DNA of 64,000 nt. Source: Girardia tigrina (lineage: Eukaryota). The first letter of the stretch is position 1. Every line of letters starts with the position of its first letter. The translations under genes were made by a program, and so were the position numbers. The stretch lies in contig MQRK01193510.1 in the NCBI GenBank assembly GCA_001938485.1, positions 1-64,000 of the forward strand. The letters run 5' to 3'. The notes beneath the pieces are model-generated. The model did no database searches. It saw only the letters and a list, made by a program, of their open reading frames with translations, and was not told where the DNA came from. Of this stretch, positions 39,500-52,050 are shown one piece after another.

Positions 39500-40075
39500 A
39501 AATATAGACAATTTTTTATTATTAAAATTATTTCCAAAACAAACGCGTTTCAGTGCAATGAAATAAAGTGATTAGTTTCTATTAATTAAATGTTACAAGT
39601 GCGAAGCGTTGTACATTGAAGAGACAAGTCGTCATCTCCGTACTAGAATTTCTGAACATACTCAATCTAGTAGAAATTGTTCGATATTGAGCCATATTAA
39701 AAAATTTGAAGATAATCTTAATGATAATAATAAGATTTTTAAGTGATTTTAAATAATTTTGACAAAAATTAAAAATATTATTGTCGAAACACTATAAAGC
39801 ATCATAAACCATGTTTAAACGCACCAGGTGATTCATCTAATCCTATTAAATTTTTAAAATAACATTAAAATATTTTATCAAAATATTTGAAATATCATTA
39901 AAAATCCTTTTTTAAAAAATCATGTTTTTTAGATGTATGATATCATTATTTTTTCAACTATATAAATAGTAATTAATTACTTTATTTCATTGCACTGAAG
40001 ATGACGTACTTGTGAAACGCATTAGTTTTGGAAATAAATTTAATAATAAAAATGGCCTTTCTTTATGTTTTATTA
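39500..40075 (+). mobile_element. Penelope-like element remnant: GIY-YIG fragment between inverted pseudo-LTR copies with a hammerhead relic
   Basis: KCEALYIEETSRHLRTRISEH at ~39597-39660. The arm at ~39962-40075 (contains CTGAAGA..GAAAC) is repeated in inverted orientation at ~39500-39585. Confidence 0.8.
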
Positions 40076-40552
40076 TATATATATTTATTTATCGTACTCT
40101 AAAATAAAAAAATTCTAAATTATCTTATAAATAAAAATGTTTAAAACAATCCGTGTAAAATATTAAAAGAATTTTAAAACATAGTTAGAAAAGACAAAAA
40201 AATAAATAAACAATTGCTTCTGTCCAAACATATTACTCAAAGACATTAATCTTTTGGCTTGAAAAATTTAGAAATATCAAACAAAACGTAATTCAGAAAA
40301 AACTAAGTTAAAAAAGATAGATTAATCTTGAATCAAATTCTTGATCAAAGAAAAGAAAAAATCTCTTAAAGTACATAGTATAATTCAAGTTTTTTTGTAA
40401 CTTTTTATTTAAAATTATTTTTTTTCCTTTTTCTGTAATTTTAATTTTTTATATTTTATGATAAATCAATTGTAATTTATGTTTGCAAAAAATATTAAAA
40501 AGATTTATTTTCAAAAATTTCCATTTGTATATCATAAATACGAATCCTTGTG

Positions 40553-40610
40553 AATCGGAGAGACAAGTCGTTATATCCGAACTAACTTTGGTTAACATGT
40601 TTAATATTAA
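40553..40610 (+). mobile_element. Further GIY-YIG fragment
   Basis: IGETSRYIRTNFG*H. Confidence 0.55.
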
Positions 40611-41222
40611 CCAAGCCTAAACATCCAAAGAGATTCATTCAATCATTGTAAAGGACATTTAAAACATGTTTTTAGAAACTGTTAAAATTATTTTTAATTC
40701 AAAAGAATAATTAAAAAAACAAGGAAAATAGTATGAAGATATCCATAGCGGTACGATCAGAATAAAAAATTGAGACTTAAAATAAAAGAGGCTTTCATAA
40801 ATTTGACCCAAACGAATTCTGCGAAGACTTTCAAATAAGAAAAGAAGTAATCGAAAAAGCCGTTAAATAAGCGAAAAATAAAAAATTATAAGATGTAGTG
40901 ATCACAAAAAAAATAAAATTTATTAATTTTAATTTTAATAAAAATATAATAATATAATATAATAAATATAATAACAAAAAAATCAAAGTGTAGCGCAACA
41001 TTGAAAATGCAATTAATTAATTAAATACAAAAAAACTTAGCAATAAAAAAACTATTTGATTTTAATTGTGTTTGAATTATTTCACTATGTAAATGACAAA
41101 AAATATACAATCGTGGTTGAAGTAAAAAGAAATAAATGTCTCAGTTTCGTCGAATTTAAATTTTCTAAACTTGAGTTTCATTTTCGATTGTGAATTACAA
41201 TTTGTTTCCTCAAAATTATTCC

Positions 41223-41431
41223 AAGATCGGCAAGCAGTTCATGACTCACTACTACTATTGTCTGCGAAACAACAATACGATGGTCTTTTCCCTCTATCTC
41301 GATAACGTGCTGCTGTCGTAACGGGGCACTGAGCTGCAGAGCTATATGCAGACTTGCCGTTCCAGCGACTACAGTTCACCATCACTAACGCCAACTTTCA
41401 CCCGATCGGGAACGATGTCTCCGTCCGTCGC
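41223..41431 (+). pseudogene. NTF2-like (nuclear transport factor 2) pseudogene fragment
   Basis: KIGKQFMTHYYYCLRNNNTMVFSLYLDNVLLS*RGTELQ / DLPFQRLQFTITNANFHP, versus NTF2 IG..F..HYY..FD.....L..IY.....LTWEG..FQG...LPFQKI.H.IT..D.QP. One stop, one frameshifting deletion, GC-rich. Confidence 0.75.
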
Positions 41432-41509
41432 GAATATGATTATTTATTCAAACGCCTGTTGATTGGAAATTCGGGAATAGACTAATCATCCTTATTGCTC
41501 AGATTTACA
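41432..41509 (+). pseudogene. Rab1-like GTPase N-terminal fragment
   Basis: EYDYLFKRLLIGNSGID*SSLLLRFT, versus Rab1 [26 protein letters not shown]. The P-loop is broken by a stop. Confidence 0.85.
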
Positions 41510-43888
41510 GTCTATTCAAACATTTCATAAGATTTTAATGGTTAAATGATAATTTTTAGTTGATTTAAATCTTGGTTTGGTCTTTAATTAGTGTAGTTAC
41601 CTTTCTTAACACAAATATAATAATATTTATATTAATATTATATAAATTTTATTTATTTCATTTTTCATATATTTATAAACTTATTTATTTGATCTCTTCC
41701 TCTGTTCTTAATGGAAGGCCTCACCTTAAGCGCCCGCTCAACTAAGTGGAGAAAGGATATTTTAACAATATTATAATAATATAATAAAATTTAATATTCA
41801 ATTATAAATGAATAATTAAAAAGACATTAAAACGAATTGACTTATAAAGCAGTAATTACTTATAGTTGAATTATTTTTCAAGTAAAGCCGGATCAAACTA
41901 GTACAAGCATAAAATTTCTAATAAATCCATAGGTTTATTACAAATCTGTTGATTTTCGACATTTTTGTAAAACTCTAAACCGTTTTTTAAAGGTTTATCA
42001 ATAATTTTAACAATTTTGTGTCAAACCTATCGGAATCAAAATATTTGCTGAAACTGCAATGAAGAACACAAATATCTACATTTACTATGAGGGGACGATG
42101 TATGATTGTTGTGGGATTTCGACAAAGTCCTTCCCTTCATAACGTGAACCGATCAATCAAGGTCCTGTAAATTGGTTCAGTGGATCCGTATTTAAAACTA
42201 AACTATTGTGTATTCAAATTGTATGACATCAAAAACCTTTTATCTTATTAGTATATTGAAAACACAATTGAAACTGAAAATCCTTCGGAAATTGTGTATA
42301 AATATGAAAGAATTACAACTGAAATCAAATAAGAAAATAATCAGAAGAACAAAATAGATTTTGTAAAGACAAAACCAAACATTTAAAGTATGGATAAAAT
42401 TTTAAAATATATTTCTCAAACCGACATCAATCTATAATATTTAACTATGAATTTAATATAAAACTTTTTAAAAAATGAATAAAAGAAAAATACACTACAA
42501 ATTTTATTTTTAAATAATCTTTAATTTATGTCAAATATATTTATCGTCTTAATTATAGAAAGTTTTTTTTAGAAAATTAAATTTAATTTATTTTTATAAT
42601 AATAATTGACATTTTAATATATAAAATATTTTAAAATAAATTTTATCCTTTTACAATCTTCTTATTTTCCCAGAATTTAAGAAAAAAAAACATTTACTGC
42701 CAAAAAGTATAAAATAATTCAAACTTTTTGGATTATTTTATGTGTAATTAAAATTAAAAATAAAAAAAATTAATAAATTATTTTTTTTATAAAAAATTGA
42801 AATAATTTACAGAAATTCATGTGATAAAATTAAACAAATTTAAATTGCTTTTTTTATGAATTATTATATTTGATTCTGTAGATTTAAACAACAGATTTTT
42901 TATCAATATATTTATTTATATAAAATATCGAAAAAGAGTTTTTCGTTGATCGAAGGAGAGCAAAAGAATATCAAAAATCTGTTGAAAATATTCAATAGAT
43001 TGTTTGCAAATTTATGCATCATTAGAGAATTCAGATTAAGATTGTTTGGAAGATTGAGTGACAGACGAAAATCCAACTGTCACAGTCAACGCTACGTTGA
43101 AAAAGAAATTCTTTTTTCGAAGGAAAGCGAGCACGAGCAATAAAATCTTAGGCCTAGTCTAAAGTAAACCCAACATACAAATTCTCTTTTTGGGGGGAAA
43201 AAAGAAAAGCAGTGCTTTTTACTTATGTCTATATACGACTGCCAAACCGAACAGTGACTTTAATATGAATCACTCTTTAAGCTTCTCTTAAAGAACATGC
43301 AGAAGCTCGATAAAAAGAGTGTCAAGAAAATCTGTATGCAGCTCACTAACAACTGTAACAAATCACATTTCTTCTATATTTATGGAATTATATAAATATA
43401 TACGATTATATATAATATATAATATTAATGATTTCTCTGTGTTCTTATTGGTCAAGATTGATTTAACATACAACTCGGTAATAATTAGTTAAATATTCAC
43501 GTTTATTTTATAACTAAACAAATTATCATCTTTTTTTAAACCAAAAAGAAAAAAAGGATTTTCTTTTTTTTTCAAATTTGGGTTTTCTTTTTGATCGGGT
43601 AAAAAGATTTTGTGGAAAGATAAAATCAGGGAAAAAACGAAACGATTCTTTTTGGTTGTTTGTTCAATTTCAAATGGAAAAAAAATAAAACACGACAATT
43701 TGAAAAAAATGTGAATTAAACGAATTTTATTTATTTATTTATTGAGAGAAAAAACTATTTCTATAGAAAAAAAACTATTTTTTTGTATATTGATTCATAT
43801 AAAAACTAATAAAAAATTGAAACCCGAAAAAAACAATCAAAAATTTGCAGTATTTGTGGATAATAATTACCTTTTAAAATCGAAAATT

Positions 43889-43946
43889 ATGGAAAAAATT
43901 AACTTTTGGCTGATTTCATTTTCGTTAATTCACGTCAGTTTAACAG
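43889..43946 (+). CDS. Probable first coding exon (signal peptide) of a neurexin-like gene
   Basis: ATG..MEKINFWLISFSLIHVSLT+G followed by the donor AG|GTATGA. Hydrophobic signal-like peptide. Phase 1, matching the exon at 57767. Confidence 0.6.
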
Positions 43947-45017
43947 GTATGATTTTTTTATTTTATATTTATAAAAATTAATATTAAAAATAAATAAAAA
44001 TAGTTTCTAAAATTTTTTTTGTTTTAAATATATATATATATATATAATATATAATATTTTATAAAATTTTAGACAATTTACAAACTAAATTATTATTTCA
44101 TTTTTTTAATTATAAATTATAAGTTTTTTCTAAAATAAATTTATTTGGCTTTTTATTAAAAAATATTTATATTGATTATTCCCGTTCACTTTAGTAAAAT
44201 CAATTTAATGGTTTGCATCGTTTTATTAAAACAAATCCAAAATAAGTAAAAAAAATAAATAAAATTGTAATGCAAATTTATAAATATTTTTCTTTTATAT
44301 TTTTTTTCAAAAAAAATATTTAATAAAATATTACATTCTAAAAAATATTTTTAAAAAAGAAATATTTTTTTACCAAATTTTTAATTCAATTTTATTTAAA
44401 TATTGTAATTAAGATAATATTGAACATTTTTTAATCAAAAACCTCAACGTGTGAGAAGAATAACATATGTTAAGAAATCCCACAGAAATGCACATTAGAC
44501 AAATAAATCATTTAAATACTTTTTTTTAGTAAAGAAATTTATTTTGAAGACAATCTGCATTTTATTTTTATTTATTTTATTATATATTTATCTAATTTAT
44601 TATTCTGTACTTCTTCTTTGTCTTTCTTCAAGTAATAAAAATATTTTTGATAATATTTGAATTTGGATTTAAAAAATATTAAAAAATAGTGGAAACATTT
44701 TTTTTGCGAAATCAATTTTTTTAATCACAAATAATTAAATTACTTCAATAAAATAAGACTTCCAATTTTATTAATAATTGTTCCTTTTTAATAAAATTGG
44801 TTTTCAATCAGTTTCCGGAATCAAAATCTGTTATCACGTATATGAAAAAATATTTAAAGAGTGAAATTAAAGATATTGAAAAAAATATTATTCTGTTTTT
44901 TATAAAAAAAAATTCATTTTTCATTCATTTGAACATTAAAATGGTAAATTTGCATCTTTTTGAAAAGTATACCACAATAAACGTTATCGTGGTATATATA
45001 TATATATATATATATAT

Positions 45018-45240
45018 CAGCGGCGTAGCCAGGATTGCAGAGGGGGTGGAAAAAAATTCCTGAAAGATCTAGCAATCTTAAATATAATTGGGGTTGCTAA
45101 TTATGTTTTAATTTTTTTCAGGGCTGGGGGTGTCTCCCGATTTTAACCCTCTAAACTTAAACGATCCTTAAGCTCCTTAAACGTTCCTCGGACCTCCTTT
45201 TTTCTCCCCGATTAAAATCCAATCAAGGGTTTCTATATTA
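45018..45240. mobile_element. Possible hAT-type MITE end
   Basis: Begins CAGCGGCGTAGCCAGG after (TA)n and is GC-rich. The other end is not visible because a gap follows. Confidence 0.35.
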
Positions 45241-45313
45241 ATCNNNNNNNNNNNNNNNNNNNNNNNNNNNNNNNNNNNNNNNNNNNNNNNNNNNNNNNNN
45301 NNNNNNNNNNNNN

Positions 45314-45345
<32 letters not shown>

Positions 45346-45349
<4 letters not shown>

Positions 45350-45850
45350 TGCTGAAAAGTTCGGATGTATTTTAATTACAATATTTGAAGCGGTTTTAAT
45401 ATTTTATTCAATGATACAAAAATCCGTTATTTACAATCACTCGTTGCCATTTTCAGGCAGTATGAATGTTTATATTTCCGGAGCCACAATATTCAAAAAC
45501 ATCCATGGATAGTTTCGAATGAACTGAGAATTTATTCCATCCGATAATTTTGAAGTTATGCACTTAGATAATAATATAGTGAATATTATGGGTGACTATG
45601 AACTTCCAATTCGACATCATTGGATTTTGTTGCAATATGTTGTTTATAATTATCTTGATGAAACAGAAATCCTTCTGTGGTTCGCTAATTCTTCCAAGCT
45701 TTTCGTTGATAGCTGCATTCAATTTACCGAGTTAGCTTCATTTTATGTTCACAGAGATGACTTTCCCTTGTTTAATGACCTCTTAATAAACTGGGCCTCT
45801 TCTATCTTCAGTAATTATAATCTTATCCTAAAGAGGTTGCATGAACAGAT
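45346..45850 (-). mobile_element. Mariner relic (3' half)
   Basis: Minus strand 'GPVY*EVIKQGKVI...LGKLNAAINEK...FHQDNYKQH' (mariner G.VYYELL..G.TI...FHQDNARPH). TIR-like gagtgctgaaaagttc at the left end. Confidence 0.6.
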
Positions 45851-46770
45851 TATCACTCGGTCTGATAAATTAATTTTAAGTAAATTGTGCTAAACAAAAA
45901 TACTTTACTTAAAGAGAAATACAAGATGTTTAATTCAATCATCAGCAGTGAAATGGTTAATGCCGATTTTTTTCAGAATGTTGGTTACTCTTCAACATAG
46001 AAAACAAAATGGTAGTATCAACCTTCAATGGGTCATGTTTTTTTGGAACAAATTATCAACCGAAGTTTTTAACATTTAGAAGTTCACTTTCAAACATGTG
46101 ATATGAGTTTGTACAAACAAATATTATGCAGTGCCGTTTCAGAAACTCATACCATTTACTATAACTTATTCGCCGTCATAATATCCACATTGTATTTTCC
46201 AACCCGACCCGACCCGACCCGACTGTATTTTAAAACAACCCAAATGTAAACTTGGTGATAAATTGGATATTTGTCAACCCAAACTCAATTAGATTTTCTA
46301 AACTTGGTTTGGGTCACAATTGCCAATCTTAATGGGAGAGTGTAACACGTACTCTTTCAATAACCTCCAACAGGTGAACTAAATCATAAAACTAAATAAT
46401 TTATTTTAACTATTTGTCGAAAAATAATTACACGATCATTTTTTAAAATAATACCTGTATTCTTACCTGTCTTTAAAAAAGAAATTGTAAATTTTAACAA
46501 TTAATATTTTTCAATAAATTTATCAATAATTTGATTGATTTTCAGTATTAAAGAAATATTATTTGTAATTCCTTGATTATAAAACTGAATAACGTTTTAC
46601 ATTATAAGATCGAAAATTTCAAATATTTGAGTTTATGACTTTCTAGACATTTGCTTTAGGAAAGAGAACGGAATATAAATAAACCTTTCTAAATAATAAA
46701 TGTAACAAATATTTTTCAACCTTATTAAATTCACCTATAATCAACAGCTGATTATTGTATTGATGTTAAG

Positions 46771-48456
46771 TTAACCTTTAACTGGATAGAAGAGTCTCTT
46801 GGACTCTTTATTAACCGTGCGTAAATCAAAAAAAATATACCATTTTCCGGTCAATTTAGTCTTTTTGCCAACCAATTTAGTCTATGCTAGCATAAATTTA
46901 GTCTTTTTACCAATCAATTTAGTCTTTGCCAATCAATTTAATCTTTTTTGCAAATCAATTTAGTCCTTTAATAGGTAATAAATATTTTAATATAAAATTT
47001 AATAATTAACGAAAAAAACCAAAAGTTAATTTATCATTGGTGAACATATGCTATACCAGCAGCAGCAATGACAAGATTCTGAAGAATGTAATGAAAGTAT
47101 CCAGAACAATCATTGAAAGTTACTGTCGTTGTTTCTGCCATTATTAATTCGGACAACAATTCCTTAATTTAGACCTAAGACATTTTTTTATTTTAGAAAA
47201 TGAATTCTCAATGGGATTTAGCATATAAGAATATGGTGATAAAAATTTAAATGTAAATCCATATTGGGTGATTATTCTCTGAATATCATTCTTCCTATGA
47301 ATACGTGCATTATCCAATATTAGACAGGCATTATTCATTCTTTTAACATCTCGCAGGTACCTGCAAAGTTCATCGACATAATCATTAAAAATATCAGAAT
47401 TAACTGTAGAATTGGAAATTGTTTTGCAAAATCCCATTCCATCAATTGTAAGGCTTGCTATTAAGGATATCGAACGCCCCCTGACAGCAGGCATTCTTAC
47501 AATTACTCTGGTGCCTATTCTAGATCTTCCATATGATCGCTTGAGATGTAAATTAAACCCGCTTTCATCAATAAAAACCACTCTAGAATAATCATTTTGA
47601 AAATAATTGCCAAACTATATAGCATATTGTTTTCTCATTTCGATTTTGTCAGGCATATTTACTCTATCAAACTCACGATGTGTTAATTTCATCGTAATTC
47701 TGAGTTCTTGAAGGCATCTATTGATAGTAGAAATAGAAACGACATGCCTATTATCAGATTCTATCTGCAGAGCTCTTTTAACTTCATTTAAAGTATATTG
47801 AGAGTTGAAAGTCACAATATTTTCAATTGCATTTATGATTTCTGGTGTTAGTATGGTTTTACTACTACCACCACTACTCATTGCTTCAGTTTTCCAGTTA
47901 ATTCATATGCTTTCAAAATAGTCTTCGCAGTACTATAGTTAACTTCTAATAATGTTGATGCTTCCTTAATGCTTTGGCCTTGCTCGTTTACAAGACGAAT
48001 CAAGCTTAATCGTTTTTCATTGGAAATAGAACAGTTATTTCTAGAGTTTTTTCTATTCCTGATAGATTTATTTGATTCATTTCCACTATTATTCTCCATT
48101 AAATTCAACCAATTTTTTTTAAATTCTTAAAAAGCGCGGGAAATCAGTTTTTAAAGTATTTTCAAATTAAAACTATTTTAATAACTAAATAAATTAAACT
48201 ATTTTATTATTAAAAGACTATATTGATTAAGAAAAAGACTAAATTGATTTGCAAAAAGATTAAATTGACCGGAAAATGGTATATACTAATTCAAATTCAG
48301 TTTTTAGCACTTTTTTTAACTAATCATGAATTTTATTAAACGTATGTTCGAATTTTCAAGGATTTCTTATGTATACATTCAATTTTCAGCTTAAGAGTCT
48401 TTCGGACTCTTCTATCCGTTTATGTTACAAAAACATTCTATCCGGTTAAAGTTTAA
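46771..48456. mobile_element. piggyBac-type MITE interrupted by a nested Tc1/IS630-like element
   Basis: TTAA-CCTTTAACTGGATAGAA ... TTCTATCCGGTTAAAGT-TTAA ends. The internal palindrome AAGAGTC..GGACTCTT occurs near both ends. Confidence 0.65.
46840..48279 (-). mobile_element. IS630/Tc1-like DD34E transposon, full length, transposase disrupted
   Basis: TIR CCATTTTCCGGTCAATTTA(G/A)TCTTTTTGC flanked by TATA, with subterminal AATCAATTTAGTC repeats. ORF pieces 47878-48108, 47615-47881 and 47144-47581 contain VFIDESGFN, LILDNARIH and PYSYMLNPIE (34 residues from D to E). Confidence 0.92.
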
Positions 48457-48841
48457 ACTAAACTCATTATGTTACTGCTTGAATTGTTTAATTTTATTGT
48501 TTTATAGACATTAATTTTCTCTTAATAGCTACTTTAAATCAACAATTTAAATATTTAATATATGAGCGATGAAATAAACTATTTCATTTTATTTTGTATT
48601 TTTTATGTGATCTTATTCTTAGATTACCTTACAAGACTTATTTGTGGTCAACCTGAGGATCCATATGAACCAGGTTGTAAACCATTGATCTAGAAAACAC
48701 GCAATAACTAATCTAACTGTTATTATGAATCTACTGATATAAACTTAAGCAATCTATTACAATAATTTGGAACTCAAGGTTTTCGTCATTTTCATATTAT
48801 CCTCAATGTACTTAGTGTCAAATACTTAAGAAATTTCAATG

Positions 48842-48897
48842 TTATTGTTCTGCCAGATCACCAGGTTGACCCGGAGACCGGAGATAGGTAGAGATGG
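48842..48897 (-). repeat. Dispersed GC-rich stem-loop element, copy 3
   Basis: Reverse complement: ccggtc-tccggg-tcaa-cctggt-gatctgg-cagaacaataa. Confidence 0.65.
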
Positions 48898-51339
48898 TGG
48901 TTAATTTGAATCTTGGGAAGTTTGAGTTCGTGCTATGCTCATTTAAAAATATTCAAACCGATTGTCATTTTTTTATTTTTAAATCAAGAAATCACAAAAT
49001 AAATTCCGAGTGATTAGAATTTAAATAAATTTAAAATTAAAACAGCTCAAATTCGACAAAATATTAAAACGTGTTCAAAATTAAAATAGTCAGAGCACAA
49101 TTGATTGATCAGAAATATTAGAAAAAATTGTAAATATTTGTTTTATAATATTGTAATTTCGAATTTCAAAAAGCACCTTTTAACTTTTTCTATAAACCAC
49201 TCTCATAGGGCATTCTATATAAAAATGAATAGAATAATAAGAAAATGGAAACTAACCAATAAAAATCAATCATTTTCTAGATTAGATAAAACACAACCAT
49301 TTTAATAGAGCCTTAATATACAGAAAAATTAAACATACCTACAAATACAAACATACACATATTAAACACACAAAAATAATATAACACACACCACGTATAA
49401 AGATGATTTATTAACATTATGAAAGGGTCTTTAACGTTTTAATGAGGATAATTAAAATTAACTGGAAATTTTAATTTTTTAAAAAAATAATTTCAAGATT
49501 GAAATAAAAATATGGTTATCTCAGTTCTGAAACAGGAATTTACGGATTTGTCAGCTTGAATTGTTACTCGAAATTGTCTGAAAATTTCGAATTTCAATGA
49601 AATCGGCCGTTACAATAAATTTATCATTTCGAAACATAACCAATTGATTCAGTTTATCAAACGGGATGAATTGAATGTTTAAACTGAAGCAGAAGTGCTT
49701 TATTTTGTGAGTCGCTAGATTAAGACTCTGTCTCATGTTCGATTGCATCAAATGAGTCGAACTAAAAATTGTAAATTTTTATTAGAGAATCAAATAACGA
49801 GAAATTGTTTTTGGAAGGGTTTTATGGCATCACATGTTTTCAATTTAATATTTAATAATAAAAAAAACATTAATGCAGATTAAATGTTAATTTATCGAAT
49901 GTCTTAAAAAATAAATCTGACGTTATTCGGCTAAATGACTATATTTACCCTATTTGAACGTTTTAATACCTTATTAAAAAGATATTAGGTGTAGTAAGAG
50001 TTCGACGAAAATATCATGATCAGTAATTCAAATCGTTCTACAAAATTTAAAATTAAGTAATCAGCTTTCGACAAAATTTCAAACGAACTACAAAATTTCA
50101 CGAATTTTCAATGATCTTTAAACTGACACTAATGTCTGACGCAAGGCTCACTGTTATTAATCAACCAATCAGAGCGATCTATTATACTAACTGGCCTCAA
50201 TATTTTAGTGGCACTCTCGGCACACACACATTGTGGGGCCAAATGAATTTTGGAATGGATCAGTCATTAATAGTTCATAGGAAACAACTTTCAGTTTTTA
50301 TTTAATTTCTTCTTAAATTTTTTAATTTATATTATTATTTTTTACATATTAATATATAATGCAAGTGTTAAATCAACAAAAAGTCAAATATAAAAGATCA
50401 ATGAATTGTCACAATAAAATGTTGATTTAAATCGTCCTTAGGCAAGGCGAGAGTGGAATTTTTAAATATTTATTACAATATACAATTTTAATTCCAAAAC
50501 AGTTATATTTAATAATATTATTATACTGTATTATGAATTAGTGGTAAAATGAAATATATTTTATATATATGCTTCAAACAAATAAATTGAAAGATTCATC
50601 GAAACAGTTAATCTTTCTATCATTTACTTTTTATAAATAAAACCCAAAGGAATTTTATTTCGCTAATTTTCTGAAACAAGAAATATTTAAAAATTGATAA
50701 AAAATTTAATGTTTAAGAAAATACATTTTATTTTCAATATTTAAAACAGTGAAAAAAGATTGAGTTAAAATTTTATATCATTTTTTTCTGAATTCTTTTA
50801 ATATTGATTACTTTTCTTTTTCGTAAATGAAAAATATATAAAATAATAAAACAAACGACTGATAAAAAGCAGACAAGAATAAATTAGAAATAGTAACTTG
50901 CATTTATTCATTTAAAATACAATTTGTAAACGAGACATGAAATATAAAAAACGTTCTTACATCCTTCATATTTTTTATAAGAACAGAAATAATAAAATAT
51001 TCGTCAAATAATTTATCCCATCGATTTCTTGGTTATCTCAACATTATCCGTGTAGTTATTTTATTATAAAACAAAATATCAAAGTATAAAAGTGTCAAAT
51101 AAATTATTTTAAAATTAATTATATGTAAATGGATGATAATATTTATAAGTTTAAGTAACTAATTACATATTACGATTTTGATCAATTGTCTATTTTCTTT
51201 AATAAATTCTAAAATACACTTTGGTTATTCGTCCGAATTGATATATTAAAAATTCATAGTGCACTTATTTAATAACAGAAATTAAGTAGAAAAGAACATG
51301 GCACATAAATAATTTGTTTAACCAACATTGAAGGATGTG

Positions 51340-52050
51340 TATAGGTATTTTACTTTCAAAATGGGACCTACAATTCTGTACACACCTTTTCCAGCGTCTT
51401 AAAAGCTCTAAAAAAGAATTTTCGTTGAAAATGGCTGGTTAATTCTCGAGGAATTTTGACACCTCTTATTTTATTTCTGCTTTTGAGGTGAAATCAGAGC
51501 GATCTACCTCACAAAAGTTTTCTGGATAGAGGAACAAATAAAAATCACTCGTACCTAGGTCCCATGAATAGGGAGGGAGTGGAAATCCCGTTTATTTTCG
51601 CTTTTTAGATTCATATTTAGTGTTCGGTAGATAGTGAGGTTTCGTCAACAGCTACGATGTTTTGCAGAAAAATATCCCCAACTTGCTCTGAAGTCAGGAG
51701 ATTGACGTGACACGAACTGAGTTTGTTTTCTCACACTTCACTTGTTAGGAAGCGTGGAATGAACCATGAAAAAAAGTTTTCTCAGATCCATAGACTTGAT
51801 AAGGGATCCAACCGTCTTTAGCTGAGCGTTCTTGTTGTAATGAGTCTGACAAATTTGACATTACCTCCAATAGTTCTATGTTTTCACAAATTTATAAAGG
51901 TCTTCTGTTACCTTTCTCATCAAAAGCACTCTGTCTATCATGATTGAATTGTACTATCCAGTCATAAATAGTAGTTTATATACATTCCTGAACTTCTTTA
52001 TTATTTCCTTTGGTGACATCTTCTTCAAAAAAACTTTATTACACTTTAAA
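51340..52050 (-). mobile_element. Mariner relic
   Basis: Minus strand PLPPYSWDLGTSDF at ~51540-51582, with a C-terminal-like 'VGPILKV' near 51350. Boundaries are approximate. Confidence 0.6.

Noticed and set aside
46850-46970. Regularly spaced short repeats, superficially CRISPR-like (also 27800-27900 and 58975-59030)
   Set aside because: No unique spacers and no cas genes, in a eukaryotic context. They are subterminal or internal repeats of transposons.
48842-48897. Resemblance of the hairpin repeat to 7SL/SRP RNA (ACCAGGTTG.C)
   Set aside because: Only a ~10-nt match, with no Alu domain or properly placed helix 8.
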